Shown: in pieces, positions 12,265 through 24,480 of the stretch | Position numbering within the stretch: the stretch's first letter is position 1 | Layout: the number at the start of each line of letters is the position of its first letter | Origin: Octopus vulgaris | Lineage: Eukaryota | Length of the DNA: 64,000 nt | Reading direction: 5' to 3' | Assembly (NCBI GenBank): GCA_951406725.2 | Contig: OX597816.1 | Location: 141,794,001-141,858,000 of the forward strand | The notes under the pieces: model-generated | The model's database searches: none | The model's input: only the letters and a program-made list of their open reading frames with translations | Told to the model about the DNA's origin: nothing | Position numbers and translations under genes: made by a program

Positions 12265-12309
<45 letters not shown>

Positions 12310-13949
12310 ACGCGTGTGTGTTACTGTCACCTTGCCTTGACACTCTTGTAAACAAGTGTTCGCATAATGCAAGTGGTATCCTTTATTTCCAATATTCTGT
12401 GAAAATAAGTCTGGTCATGTGGAAACGTGTGAGGGCTAGCAACAGGAAGGGCATTTGGCTGTAAAATATCTTCTCAACAAATTCATTCCATCCAACCCAA
12501 GCAAGCATAGGGAGAGCACATGGCCTAATGGTTAGGGAGTTGCACTCATGATCACAAGATCATGGTTTCAGTTCTTGAACCTGGAGGTTTGTTGTGTTCT
12601 TGAACATTATACTTCATTTCACACAGTTTCATTCCACTCAGCTGTAAATGAGTAACCAGTGGAGGCACGTGGCTTAGTGGTTAGTGTGATGGGCTCGTGA
12701 TTGTAAGATTGCAGTTTCAATTCCAATTGTCTCTTGTGGCATGGTTTCTTTGGCTAAATGCCCTTCCTAATGCCAATCGCTTTGGAGTGTCTGCAGGGTG
12801 CATTTTAAATGGCTTGCAATAAGGATAAAAAATTGAAGAGATAGACTGAAAACACAGTATATTACTGGTACTTATTTTATCAACCCCACCCACAAGAGAT
12901 CAGAACTGAGAATGTAATGTGGCATGACTAAATAATATCACACAACTCAAACAGCACATGTTCTACATGATCACCTCACAATAAAACTTACACAATGTAT
13001 TTCCAATGCAACAGAAAAGCAAAACAAAAACACTGCATACAGAACTGCACTGGGTTGTACTGTAAAAGCGTGCAATAAAAATACTACAAGTGAAACAACA
13101 ACAGTAGCAGCAGCAGCAGAGTGCAAGTCAGATCAATACCAGACGAATTCAAACCAAAACAAAGCATGATAGACAATACAAATGGAAAGTATAATGTTCG
13201 CCATTGGTTAAAAAGGAAAATGTGTACTTTGAATTTGATGTAGAAAATCTTTTAGAAAATGGAGTATGAAACCTTTTGTATTGTCAGAAATGAATAAATT
13301 GTTACCTGATAAAAAAGTAGATGATAATCTAAATAAAGAGCTGGACTTTATTCCGCAATAAAATAATAAATGGACCCAAGAGACTTACATTTCCATAGTA
13401 CATGTACATTTTACCAATATACTATCCAAAAAAAAACGAGATTTCCCCAACACATGCATGTATAGTATCTGGGGAAAAAATAACTCTAGTCTAAAACTTT
13501 GGATTCCAACATTCTAAGATACATATTTAAAAATAAAAGCTAAAACATAGAACATAAAAGCAGAAAACTTTGAAGAAAGAATGCATAATGATAATACAAA
13601 TAACAAAAATATAATACATTAACGCTAACAACACAGAGTACATAAATCACGAATTCAGATCTAGTAGAAAACAAATGAAAGAAACAATAAAACACAGCAA
13701 AGTCAAAACTATAGCACACTTACAGAATACTAACGAAAGTTGAACCAAAACTACAACTGATGGAAATATAAACATAAGCAAATGTGAGAAAGAATTAAGA
13801 GTTGTAAGCTCTACATCAGTAAATTTTGAAATATGACAATAATCAAAAGGTGGAAATAGTTAAAGAAATAAATAAACGAATCTTCTTAAGGACCAATGAA
13901 AGAATAGATAAACATAAGACCTGCTGATAAAACAACAATGGGACAGAAA

Positions 13950-15360
13950 ATGGGATATTGTTAAAACTAAACCAATGTTTATTAGAAGAGTTGTACTGAA
14001 TGGGGACTTACTCCACTGCTTTTTATTTTGTCATTGTTGTGTTTCACTTATATGCTAAAATACCAGACTGAATATGAACACAATGGAGTGACAATCAACC
14101 ATTTCATGTGTATGAATGACCTCAAGTTGAAGACTATAGATAAGAGGCATTAAGAAAATCATTTACATATAGTGGAAAGATTCAGGGAGAGAAATTAGTA
14201 TGAAATTCAGTTTAGAAATATGTCAAGATTATCTTGAAGGGGGAAGAATTTAAGAAATAATAGGCACAGGCATGGCTGTGTGGTAAGAAGCTTGCTTCCC
14301 AAACACCTGGTTCTGGGTTCAGTCCAACTGTGTGGCACTTTGGTCAAGTGTCTTTTACTATAATCTCATGACTGGATTTGGTAGATGGAAACTGAAAAAA
14401 AGCCCATCGTGTATGTATATATGTGTGTGTATGTGTGTCTTTGTGCCTGTATTTGTACCCTTATTACTACTTGACAACCGGTGTTGGTGTGTTTATGTCC
14501 TAGTAACCTAGCAGTTCAGTAAAAGAGACTGATAAAATAAGTACTAGGCTTCAAAAAAATATGTCCTGGGGTCAATTTGTTCGACTAAAACCCTTCAAGG
14601 CAGTACTCCAGCATGGCCGCAGTCAAATGACTGAAACAATTAACAACTTAAGGGAATAAAGAAAAGGGTAGTGGATTGGCAGAATTGCTAGGCTGTCACT
14701 CAAAATGACTTGCCTTTAATTGCACTACTCTATGTTATTTTCTGAGTCCAACTCTCACCAAAGTCAAGATTACTTTTCATCCTTTCAGGGTTAACTAAAT
14801 GAAATACTAGTTAAACACTGGAGTCAATGATATTGAGTAACCTTCCCCTCAAAATTGCTGGCCTTGTGTCTAAATTAGAAACAATTATGTAAGATAAAGA
14901 AACAAAGATAAGAGAATTAAACCAAACACAGGTTACAAATTACTTGGAAATTAATGAACTAGACAGAATAATACGTAAAAGAAAGAAAGGTGCGAAAATA
15001 ATATTATAGACAGATTAATGCCTAAAACTTAGTTAAAAGCTAAAAATAAGGTAATAGGCATCAAAAGCTGCTCAAGTAATTAGCTGTAGTTATAATATTC
15101 TCAACTTGAAACTAAGTTAAATTTCACCACTAGACAGACAAAGAAGAAAACTAATGACTGCATAGAAAGATGATTTACTATCAATACAATTAGGTAGAAG
15201 TAATGTTGTTTCTGCAATTAGAAAAATACTATGAAATATCAACAGTAAGTCTACAAAAATAGTTAATATAGAACAAAAGAAAATTAATACAAATAACTAC
15301 AAAACATGAAGAAAATGGAAACAAAAACTGAGATAAGAGACAGCTGAGAAGTGTTTAAGA
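13950..15360 (+). mobile_element. Highly decayed R4-like LINE reverse transcriptase remnant, interrupted by SINEs
   Basis: IRRVVLNGD/PLLFILSL (13981-14036), TINHFMCMNDLKL (~14091-14129; YMDDLKL-like), MKFSLEIC, YKLLG, NKVIGI. Weaker continuation at ~19040-19250 and ~20230-20520. Confidence 0.5.
14262..14640 (+). mobile_element. Dominant SINE, near full length
   Basis: ggctgtgtggtaagaagcttgcttccc...(GT)n...cagcatggccgcagtcaaatgactgaaaca. Confidence 0.9.
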
Positions 15361-15376
15361 AAGAACAGTAACAACA

Positions 15377-15411
<35 letters not shown>

Positions 15412-15487
15412 CATTCTTGTACATATATATATATATATATTTACATTCTTGTACATATATATATATATATATATATATTTACATTCA

Positions 15488-15793
15488 TGATCACGTGATC
15501 ACGTGATCGACCAGACCATCAGATGTTGTTACACATCGCTGGTCACAATGCGTTCGCTTGCTTTAGCCTTTGAATGACGCAACCCCGCTGGCTAAGCGAG
15601 CAGGCCAACAGAAGAAAGAGTGGGAGAAAGAGTGGTGAAAGAGTACAGCAGGGATCACCACCCCCTGCCGGAGTGTCGTGGAGGTTTTAGGTGTTTTCGC
15701 TCAATAAACACTCACAACACCCGGTCTGGGAATCGAAACCGCGATCCTACGACCGCAAGTCCGCTGCCCTAACCACTGGGCCATTGCACCTCC
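15488..15793 (-). mobile_element. Young CpG-retaining tRNA-derived SINE
   Basis: Minus head GGAGGTGCAATGGCCCAGTGGTTAGGGCAGCGGACTTGCGGTCGTAGGATCGCGGTTTCGATTCCC with A and B boxes; tail (GATCACGT)n. Confidence 0.85.
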
Positions 15794-15885
<92 letters not shown>

Positions 15886-15891
<6 letters not shown>

Positions 15892-17319
15892 TAGTAAAAA
15901 GTGAAAAAACTACAGAAGGCTTGTTTTAAAAGGTTAAAAAATATATATTTGAGTCAATATGTCTGAAGAATATTATAAATTTTTTTATTACAATGACATA
16001 GTTTAGAAGAAAGACCGGTTTCGCGTTTAGCTTTTCAAATTTATTACGTCGTTATGTTTATGTTGAGAAGAGTTATCGTTATGTTTATGTTGAAAAGAGT
16101 TCTAGATAAGGGGAGGTAATAAGTGATTTCTTCCGGTGTAAGGGAGATAATCGCTTTAAATTTTTTGCCTTTCTCTTGGTGTGAATTTCTCTGTATAAGT
16201 ATGTTGGAATGGTTAAGTCTGGGCTTGTACTTTTCAATGAAGAATGTTTCCTTGTTTAGTCTCATTTGTGTTGATGATCCGATAGCACATTGGTAAAATG
16301 GAAAGATTAAAAATTGTGGTAGTAGTTGCTTTGCGCATTTCTCAATGTGCTCACTAAAAGGTATCATTCTGTATTCTGGGAATGCAATCTGTTGTCGATG
16401 CAGTGTGCATCTACGTCTGAGTGATAGTCCCGTGGAGCCCACGTAGTCTTGGTGGCAGCCCGAGCATTTTATGACATAAATTATGTTTCCAGAGGCACAA
16501 GTAAAATTAGATTTGATCTTGAATTTCTGTCCCTCTTTGAAGAGGAATTCTGATCCTTCTAGCAGGTTCGGACATGTTGCACAGTTTGATCTACCACATT
16601 TTTTTACTTTTGCATCTGTGATTTCAGAAAACAATTTTGCCTTTGTGAGAATCGTTTTAAGTGATTTAGGTTGTTTTGTAGCTTTTAATGATTTGGTGTA
16701 TGTTTAGAATTTCCTTTAATTTGGGGTCCTTATGAAGTATTGGTAAATTCTGGGTGATGATGGTGAAGGCTTCTTTGTTTCTGGGGTTGTATGTAGATAT
16801 GTAAGGTAGTATTTTTGGGGAAGGTGTGTTGTTATGTTGAACTTTTCTTAAAGTTTCTATGTTGATTTCTGTTGCACGTCTGATCCCATCCTCTATGAGT
16901 TGAGCTGGGTAATGTCTGTCAATTAGGGTGTTTTTGAGTTCTTGCAGTCTAAAGTTCCTGGTATTTTGTTCTGACACTATTGTGCATATCCTTCTTGCAA
17001 GGTTGAAGGGGATGTTTGTTTTAGTGTGTCTTGGGTGGCATGAATTAAAAAGAAGGTATTGTTTGGCGTCTGTGGCTTTGTAAAAAATGTCTGTTTCTAT
17101 TTTAAGGTTAATTTTTTTAATTAGTATATCCAAGAATGGGAGCACCTTTTGGTTGTATTCCATTGTGAACTGTATATTTGGGTTTATGCTGTTCAATAGG
17201 TTTTTAAATTTTAGGAGTTTATCTGTGTTTTCATTCCAGAGTATAAAACAATCGTCCAGGAATCATTTCCAATTCTCTTTTATGTATTGAGAGAGGGGGT
17301 TTCCAAAGATTGATAAAGA
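15886..17319 (-). mobile_element. Penelope-like element (Neptune-type), 5'-truncated, left arm of palindrome
   Basis: RT C-terminus (WK*FLDDC...NSINPNIQFTME...LPFLD...SCHP), Cys linker CGRSNCATC, GIY-YIG domain (NIIYVIKC...YVGST...R...E...LN). Carries a stop before FLDD and a +1 frameshift at ~16675. Confidence 0.93.
16007..16045 (-). ncRNA. Minimal hammerhead-like motif in the PLE 3' region (left arm)
   Basis: TTGAAAA-GC-taaac-GC-GAAA-CCGG-TC; helix I is weak in this copy. Confidence 0.5.
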
Positions 17320-17350
17320 TTCCTCTTTATCAATCTTTATCAATTCCTCT

Positions 17351-18782
17351 TCTTTATCAATCTTTGGAAACCCCCTCTCTCAATACATAAAAGAGAATTG
17401 GAAACGATTCCTGGACAATTGTTTTATACTCTGGAATGAAAACACAGATAAACTCCTAAAATTTAAAAACCTATTGAACAGCATAAACCCAAATATACAG
17501 TTCACAATGGAATACAACCAAAAGGAGCTCCCATTCTTGGATATACTAATTAAAAAAATTAACCTTAAAATAGAAACAGACATTTTTTACAAAGCCACAG
17601 ACGTCAAACAATACCCTCTTTTTAATTCATGCCACCCAAGACACACTAAAACAAACATTCCCTTCAACCTTGCAAGAAGGATATGCACAATAGTGTCAGA
17701 ACAAAATACCAGGAACTTTAGACTGCAAGAACTCAAAAACACCCTAATTGACAGACATTACCCAGCTCAACTCATAGAGGATGGGATCAGACGTGCAACA
17801 GAAATCAACATAGAAACTTTAAGAAAAGTTCAACACAACAACACACCTTCCCCGAAAATACTACCTTACATATCTACACACAACCCCAGAAACAAAGAAG
17901 CCTTCACCATCATCACCCAGAATTTACCAATACTTCATAAGGACCCCAAATTAAAGGAAATTCTAAACATACACCAAATCATTAAAAGCTACAAACAACC
18001 TAAATCACTAAAAAAGATTCTCACAAAGGCAAAATTGTTTTCTGAAATTACGGATGCAAAAGTAAAAAAATGTGGTAGATCAAACTGTGCAACATGTCCA
18101 AACCTGCTAGAAGGATCAGAATTCCTCTTCAAAAGGGACAGAAATTCAAGATCAAATCTAATTTTACTTGTGCCTCTGAAAACATAATTTATGTCATAAA
18201 ATGCTCGGGCTGCCACCAAGACTACGTGGGCTCCACGGGACTATCACTCAGACGTAGATGCACACTGCATCGACAACAGATTGCATTCCCAGAATATAGA
18301 ATGATACCTTTTAGTGAGCACATTGAGAAATGCGCAAAGCAACTACTACCACAATTTTTAATCTTTCCATTTTACCAATGTGCTATCGGATCATCAACAC
18401 AAATGAGACTGAACAAGGAAACATTCTTCATTGAAAAGTACAAGCCCAGACTTAACCATTCCAACATACTTATACAGAGAAATTCACACCAAGGGAAAGG
18501 CAAAAAATTTAAAGCGATTATCTCCCTTACACTGGAAGAAATCACTTATTACCTTCCCTTATCTAGAACTCTTTTCAACATAAACATAACGATAACTCTT
18601 CTCAACATAAACATAACGATGTAGGAAATTTGAAAAGCTAAACGCGAAACCGGTCTTTCTTCTAAACTATGTCATTGTAATAAAAAAATTTATAATATTC
18701 TTCAGACATATTGACTCAAATATATATTTTTTAACCTTTTAAAACAAGCCTTCTGTAGTTTTTTCACTTTTTACTATTTTCT
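17351..18782 (+). mobile_element. Penelope-like element (Neptune-type), 5'-truncated, right arm of palindrome
   Basis: Reverse complement of the left arm. Open from 17351 (SLSIFG...WKRFLDNC...), with a -1 frameshift at ~18131, GIY-YIG domain in ORF 18094-18624 and stop at 18624. Confidence 0.93.
18623..18661 (+). ncRNA. Minimal hammerhead-like motif in the PLE 3' region (right arm)
   Basis: AGGAAA-t-TTGAAAA-GC-taaac-GC-GAAA-CCGG-TC-TTTCTT: U3-A8 core, 2-bp helix II, palindromic ACCGGT helix III, GUC site. Confidence 0.55.
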
Positions 18783-18821
18783 ATATATTCAACCACGTGC
18801 TTTCACAAACCAACTTTCTTA

Positions 18822-18867
<46 letters not shown>

Positions 18868-18882
18868 AGAATATAGTATTGA

Positions 18883-18925
18883 CAGTGACTTTGAAGTTTT
18901 AGCCTGCTTGACCTTTATCAGACTG
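18883..18925 (-). ncRNA. Decayed type I hammerhead-like motif inside a hairpin (18873-18953)
   Basis: CAGT-CTGATAA-A-GGTC-aagca-GGCT-AAAA-CTTCAAAG-TC-ACTG: all three helices are present, with G8>A and G12>A core changes. Confidence 0.55.
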
Positions 18926-19977
18926 AGACTTCAAAGTCACTGTAAAATACTATTCTTTTTTTAAAAGTTATACTTCAGTTCTATGTAAAATTGTTTTTAT
19001 TATAACTCAAAGTAAAAACAAGCGTTAGAATAAGAATATATATATAATAACAGAAATTACTAAAAAGAACCAAATTAAAAATGAGGCAATGAAATGTCAT
19101 GCCAACTTGTTGACAAGAAAAGCCCACTCTGTGGATGGTACTTGACAAAAACAAGCAAAGAGGTAGACAAAGAAATTACTCAGCACTTAGTGAAAAACCA
19201 GGACTCAAAGCTCTGAGACCAAAGGACTTTTGAGAGGTTTTTCTTTTAAAATATTAGAATTCATCTCTCCACTTAACACACAAACTTATCTCCATTTACA
19301 AACTTCTGCTAATGCAATTAATTACTAATTACATAGGACTTTTATACTCTGCAATTTACTGACTTGCACAAGCAGAGAGATGTAGAAAATTCACAGAAAT
19401 ATTATTGTCTCATAATCTACTTATCAGTTCAAATAGTTAATAATGTATTTCTGAAAGAAAAAGAAAAACTAACAAAATATAAAAGCATCAAGACAAGAAT
19501 TGTCATCATCATCATCATCATTATCATTTTAACATCCACTTTTCCATGCCTACATAGGTCAGATGGAATTTATGTTGAGGTGGATTTTCTACAGCCAGAT
19601 GCCCTTCCTGTCACCAACCCTCATCTGTTTTGAAGTAAGGTCACATTTCTCCATGACCAGACATGTTTTCACAGAAGATTGGAAATGAAGGACATCACTT
19701 ACATGATGGAAACATTTGTTTACAACTATCACACCATGCTAAGGCAAGGAGCCAGTAACACACAAATACACATCCATCCATCTATCTATCCGTATGTATG
19801 TACATACATACATATGTATGTATATATGTACCCCCTCCCCTGAAATTACTGGTCTTGTGCCAAAATTTGAAACTAATAATAATAATAGTAAAATAATAAT
19901 AATAATAATAATAATAATTAATTCTGGTTTACTGGCCACAATAGCTAACATAAATCCAAAAAACATGTAAGGACAAA

Positions 19978-20012
<35 letters not shown>

Positions 20013-21839
20013 CAGTACCAGGCAGTGGCTCTTATGGCCTCTGATCTTAACTAAATGGAAGTGTTATCATGTACTACTTCCACCTAAGAATGCTCAGCAT
20101 GCTTGTTTTTGTCTTTTTATCATCACTTCTGTGGTTCATCCTCCAGATTCTATACTAGGTTCAATACTTCCTCTCTAGAAATACACTGCATTGAAATTCC
20201 TGTCCTGCCCACAATATTCCAGCAGATACATGCAAGCAGAAATTTGAATTTAACATCAGCTATATCAAGCATACCAGTCTGAGAGAGCCTACAACAGCCA
20301 AAAGCTCTGCCCTTTTTCCACTGATTAAATACTGAAGAGAAATTTGGTCCAAGAAGTAAAAAAAGTCAGGAACATATAAATCAGGGGCATAGCAATCCTG
20401 TTATTAGTGCTGGAAACAAAACCAAGAGAGAGGCATTGGGAAGGGATATCAAAATTTACACATATTTATTTTGCGACAATAGTTAACAAAATCTGAGAGT
20501 TCTGGAAACTTGTTGTCACTAGATCTAATTCAAGACATTCATCTGTTAATGTAGTCACCATTGAAATTTGTTATAATAACAAGAATAAAATTAATTGTTT
20601 TATGTATAGTTGTGCTAACATACAAATATCAATATTCTAACATCCGGTCATTTAGATATCACAGTTCAGAATTGCAGTAAATGAAATAAAACTCTAAGAA
20701 CAGTGGCTTATTCTTAATTGTATAATGTACAATCTCTACAGAAGCAATAATTAATGAGAAATAGTTAATAAGATAACCATGAATTATTTATTAATATCAA
20801 TAATATGATGGAATATAATACAAAATTACATTTGATATCACAGCTGACTATAATTTAATATTAATGCCAGCATTTCAGATGAACTACATATTCCTCTATT
20901 ATACACTGTTTTACATCTGACCAAGTTCTGAATCCAAATCCTGACGTCACTTTTGTCTTTTGTTCTTCTGGATTGGATAAAATAAGTAATAGTAGCAATA
21001 CTGGAGTTGATTTGATTCCTCAAGCATTCTGGCTTATCTCCATTATAATGTGATATTATGTCTGAGTTAAAAGATCAAATCTTGCTGTGCTCATCGCTTT
21101 TATTTTTAATCCTTCTGGAATCATCCTTGTTATTTTTCTTCACCATCACCATTATTGTCTGCTTTTCCTTGCTTGAATGGGTTGGATGGAATTCACAGAG
21201 GAAGATTTTCTACAGCCAAATGCTCTTCTTGTCACTAAACTCTCATTTCTTTCCAAGCAAAGTAATGTTTCTCTGTGGTCAGACATATTTTCACAGAAGA
21301 TTTAGCCACAACTAACACAGCTTGTAAGATGATGATGCTTGTTTCACTACTATCATGCAATATCAAAAATATGAGACACAAACACACACACACACATCAG
21401 AACAAAGAGTTATTAATAAGGGATTAATAATCCAGACAAAATAGTTCTTAAGCTCTCTGCAGATACAAGTACACCAGGATAATGAAAGGTCTTGTCATTG
21501 GTATGGAACTGCAGGTAATCCGAAGTCAAAGTCCATCACTAGTCAACTTTGCACAACTGAGTTGATATGGTTTGTTTTCACAGAGTGATATATGAAAAAA
21601 AATGTAACTAATGGACTTTATATATTATTTGTCCTTTACAGACTTGCAAGTGTTTCAGATATACATTTTGGGTTCATTCATGGTTCAATTTAATGAATCA
21701 CTCGAACAATCAATTGAAAATATAGGGAACAACCATTGGAATGCTTCAGAGTCCAACACATGTGTGTGTGGTGGGGTGCATGTCTATACTGAAAAAAATA
21801 TAAAAAGATGCACAGAAATTCTATGTTGGACAAAATATG

Positions 21840-21885
<46 letters not shown>

Positions 21886-21927
21886 ACATAAAATTTCTGT
21901 GCATTCTGCTTCTTATCGAACCTTTTT

Positions 21928-21974
<47 letters not shown>

Positions 21975-22019
21975 GCATGCATGCACACACACACATATAT
22001 GTATGTATATGTATCTCTA

Positions 22020-22265
22020 TGCACATCTTTCAAGGCAATGTATGCGAAGTTTGCAAATCTAACAGAGGCCTCAATGGGCATTTTAAGATCCACAAAGATC
22101 AGAACCCTATTGCAGCTCTTGGTGGTTCAAATTGGATATGCAATCTATGTGGGTGTCTTTTCAAAACATTGTCTGGTTTAAAAAGCCATATCAGATGCCA
22201 TGATGTTTCTAAGGTGTAGGTACAGGAGGTGGTCAAACTCTGCATAAGGAGTAGACAACTACCAT
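22020..22265 (+). mobile_element. RTE-clade LINE 3' end (terminal C2H2-like motifs)
   Basis: CEVCKSNRGLNGHFKIH and CNLCGCLFKTLSGLKSHIRCH, then a stop, a short tail and a simple repeat. Same architecture as the remnants at 26340 and 51740. Confidence 0.55.
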
Positions 22266-24163
22266 ATATACATACATATATGCATCTGTGGCCTCTGTCA
22301 TTAATGACCATAGATGATGTTTGTAGTTGTCTGCCCTTCTGGAACAGAACTGTCTATAGTTGAACAGTTTGCTGATTGAATGGCAGTCTCTGCTAAACAA
22401 GATGCACTTGTGAGCTGTTCCAGTGCTGTTTGAGTAGTAGCCTTCTTTCCTTTCTCACTAGTATAGGGTATGCGATAGGGTCTAAGTTGGAGCAGTATGG
22501 TATGGAGGAACAAGTTATTGCCCATGTAGAGTGACCCCACTCTACACATCAAAGACAGACCCAAAGAAATAGCATGGCTATTACAATTTGGCACTAGTAT
22601 CATCACAGGAGTTGCCAAAATGAGGTTGTAGACAACACTGAACTACTTTGGGGGTGCCAACTCTTGATTTTTCTCCAGGAATTACTCCCAAAGACTTTCC
22701 CATGGCAGCAAGGATTCTTTTCAGTTTCTGCCTATTGAATCCACTCAGAAATCTTTGGTCAGCTCAAGGCTAGAATAGAAAACACTTGCCCCAAAGTACC
22801 ACACAAGAGGACCAACAAGAAACCAAGTAGTTTATAAGCAAACATTTTTAACCACACAGCCATGCCTGCATGTCGATAATATAAATTAAAATACCAGTAA
22901 TACATTACAATTGATTTAATCTCTCAAAATTTGTGGTTCTATGCCAATGTTAGAAATCAATAGCAATGCAGCTATTAATGCAGCAACAGTTTTGTTAGTT
23001 CTGAATCAGCATGACTGGGGTGGTTGGGTGGAAAGTATATTATGACTGTTTGCAAAGACTTTCTTGGACACGAAGGATAATAAATTGGGGGGGGGGGGTA
23101 CTTGAATCTGGAAGATAGAAAGAAGGAGGAAAGGAGAGTGGTTGAATTTGATCCTGAACCAGTACCAGATGCTTGAATTAGTTAAGTGAAGAGAGAAGAA
23201 AGTTCTGTCACTGTCTTCATCATCACCATCATCACAGTTGTCGTAATTGTCAACAACCACCATTATCAATATACCCCACCTTCCCTCTATCCCCTCCCCT
23301 TCTCTTTCCTCTTATTCTCCTCACTTCTCCTCCTCATCCCCCTCCACCACAATCATCCCTTTTTCATTCCAGCACAGTGTCTTATCGCTTATTGTAGTCA
23401 TATTGTAATCTTCTTCATGCAGTTCAACTTCCTGAGATCAGCATTCACAATTTCCCATGTCTTCCTTGGGTCTTCCTTTTCCATAGTTCACTCCCTCTTG
23501 GATGGATAACTCAGTGGATCATAATCCAATCGTTCCTAACTCCTCATGCATCACATGTCCATACCACAGCTCAGTTTTCCCTTCTTATGCAGAACATCTG
23601 ATTCCTCTTAAACCTGGTTTTTTCTCTCAGCTTGTATGTGCTTTCACACATATGTACCAGTATCAAACATCCAGCAGAATATGCTTGCCTCAAAATGTAG
23701 TAAACATCAGTGAACTGATGAGATTAATTCAAGATAAAGTTATAGAAATCATGAAATAAGTGCTTGTTGTGTTATCTGAAAATATCAATCATGATAGACA
23801 GCTGTAGATCTATTGGATAGATATTACAATATATTGGGGCAGACAAATAGAAAGCCCAGAGCTGAAATTTTTATTGACCAAGCTTCTTTGATGCAGATTC
23901 AGTGATGTTAAAAACATGAGAGAGAGAGGGAGGCAGGGAGGGAGAAAAAAGAGAGAGATACTTCTTGTAGGAAGGATAAGCTGTACTTCTGTTAGAGGGA
24001 GAAAGAGAGGAGAGGAGAGAAAGAGAGAGAGATACTTTCTTTAGACAGGGTGAGCTGTATATAGCTGTACATCTATTAGAGGGGGGGAAGAGAGAGAGAT
24101 TTCCATGAAATCTTTCTTCAAGCTTTCATTTGAGAAAGGAAGATTTTTCCATGAGAGACTTTT

Positions 24164-24480
24164 AAAGAAAGAAAGAAGGATGGAAGGAAGGAAGGAAGGA
24201 AGGAGGAAGGAAGGATGGAAGGAAGAGAGAAAGAAAGAACAAACGAAAGAACAAAAGAAGAAATGGAAGAAAGAATGAAGGAAATAAAGAACAAAATTCA
24301 GAAAGAAAGATAGAAAGAAAAAATATAGAAAGAAGGAAGGAAAGAAAAGAAGAAAGAAAGAAAGAAAAAAAAGAAAGGGAAAAGAAAGAAAGAAAAAAGG
24401 ATAGAAAGAAAAGCAGACAGAGAGGCAAACATGAAGAAAGAGACATTTCTAAGAGAGAAAGGGATAGAAACAGACAGGCA
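24164..24480. repeat. Polypurine (GAAA/GGAA)n tract
   Basis: Almost pure A/G on the plus strand. Confidence 0.9.

Noticed and set aside
15715-15793. tRNA genes (also 5370-5443, 6394-6465, 58358-58430)
   Set aside because: A and B boxes are present, but there is no proper acceptor stem and each continues into a repeat body, so these are SINE heads.
17087-17583. Twin 67-aa ORFs pointing toward the palindrome centre
   Set aside because: They are antisense shadows of the PLE RT frame, duplicated by the palindrome.
21611-22219. 202-aa ORF ending in two C2H2-like fingers as a host zinc-finger gene
   Set aside because: The N-terminal part runs through microsatellites, there are no TGEKP linkers, and the motif plus tail match RTE LINE 3' ends seen elsewhere in the window.
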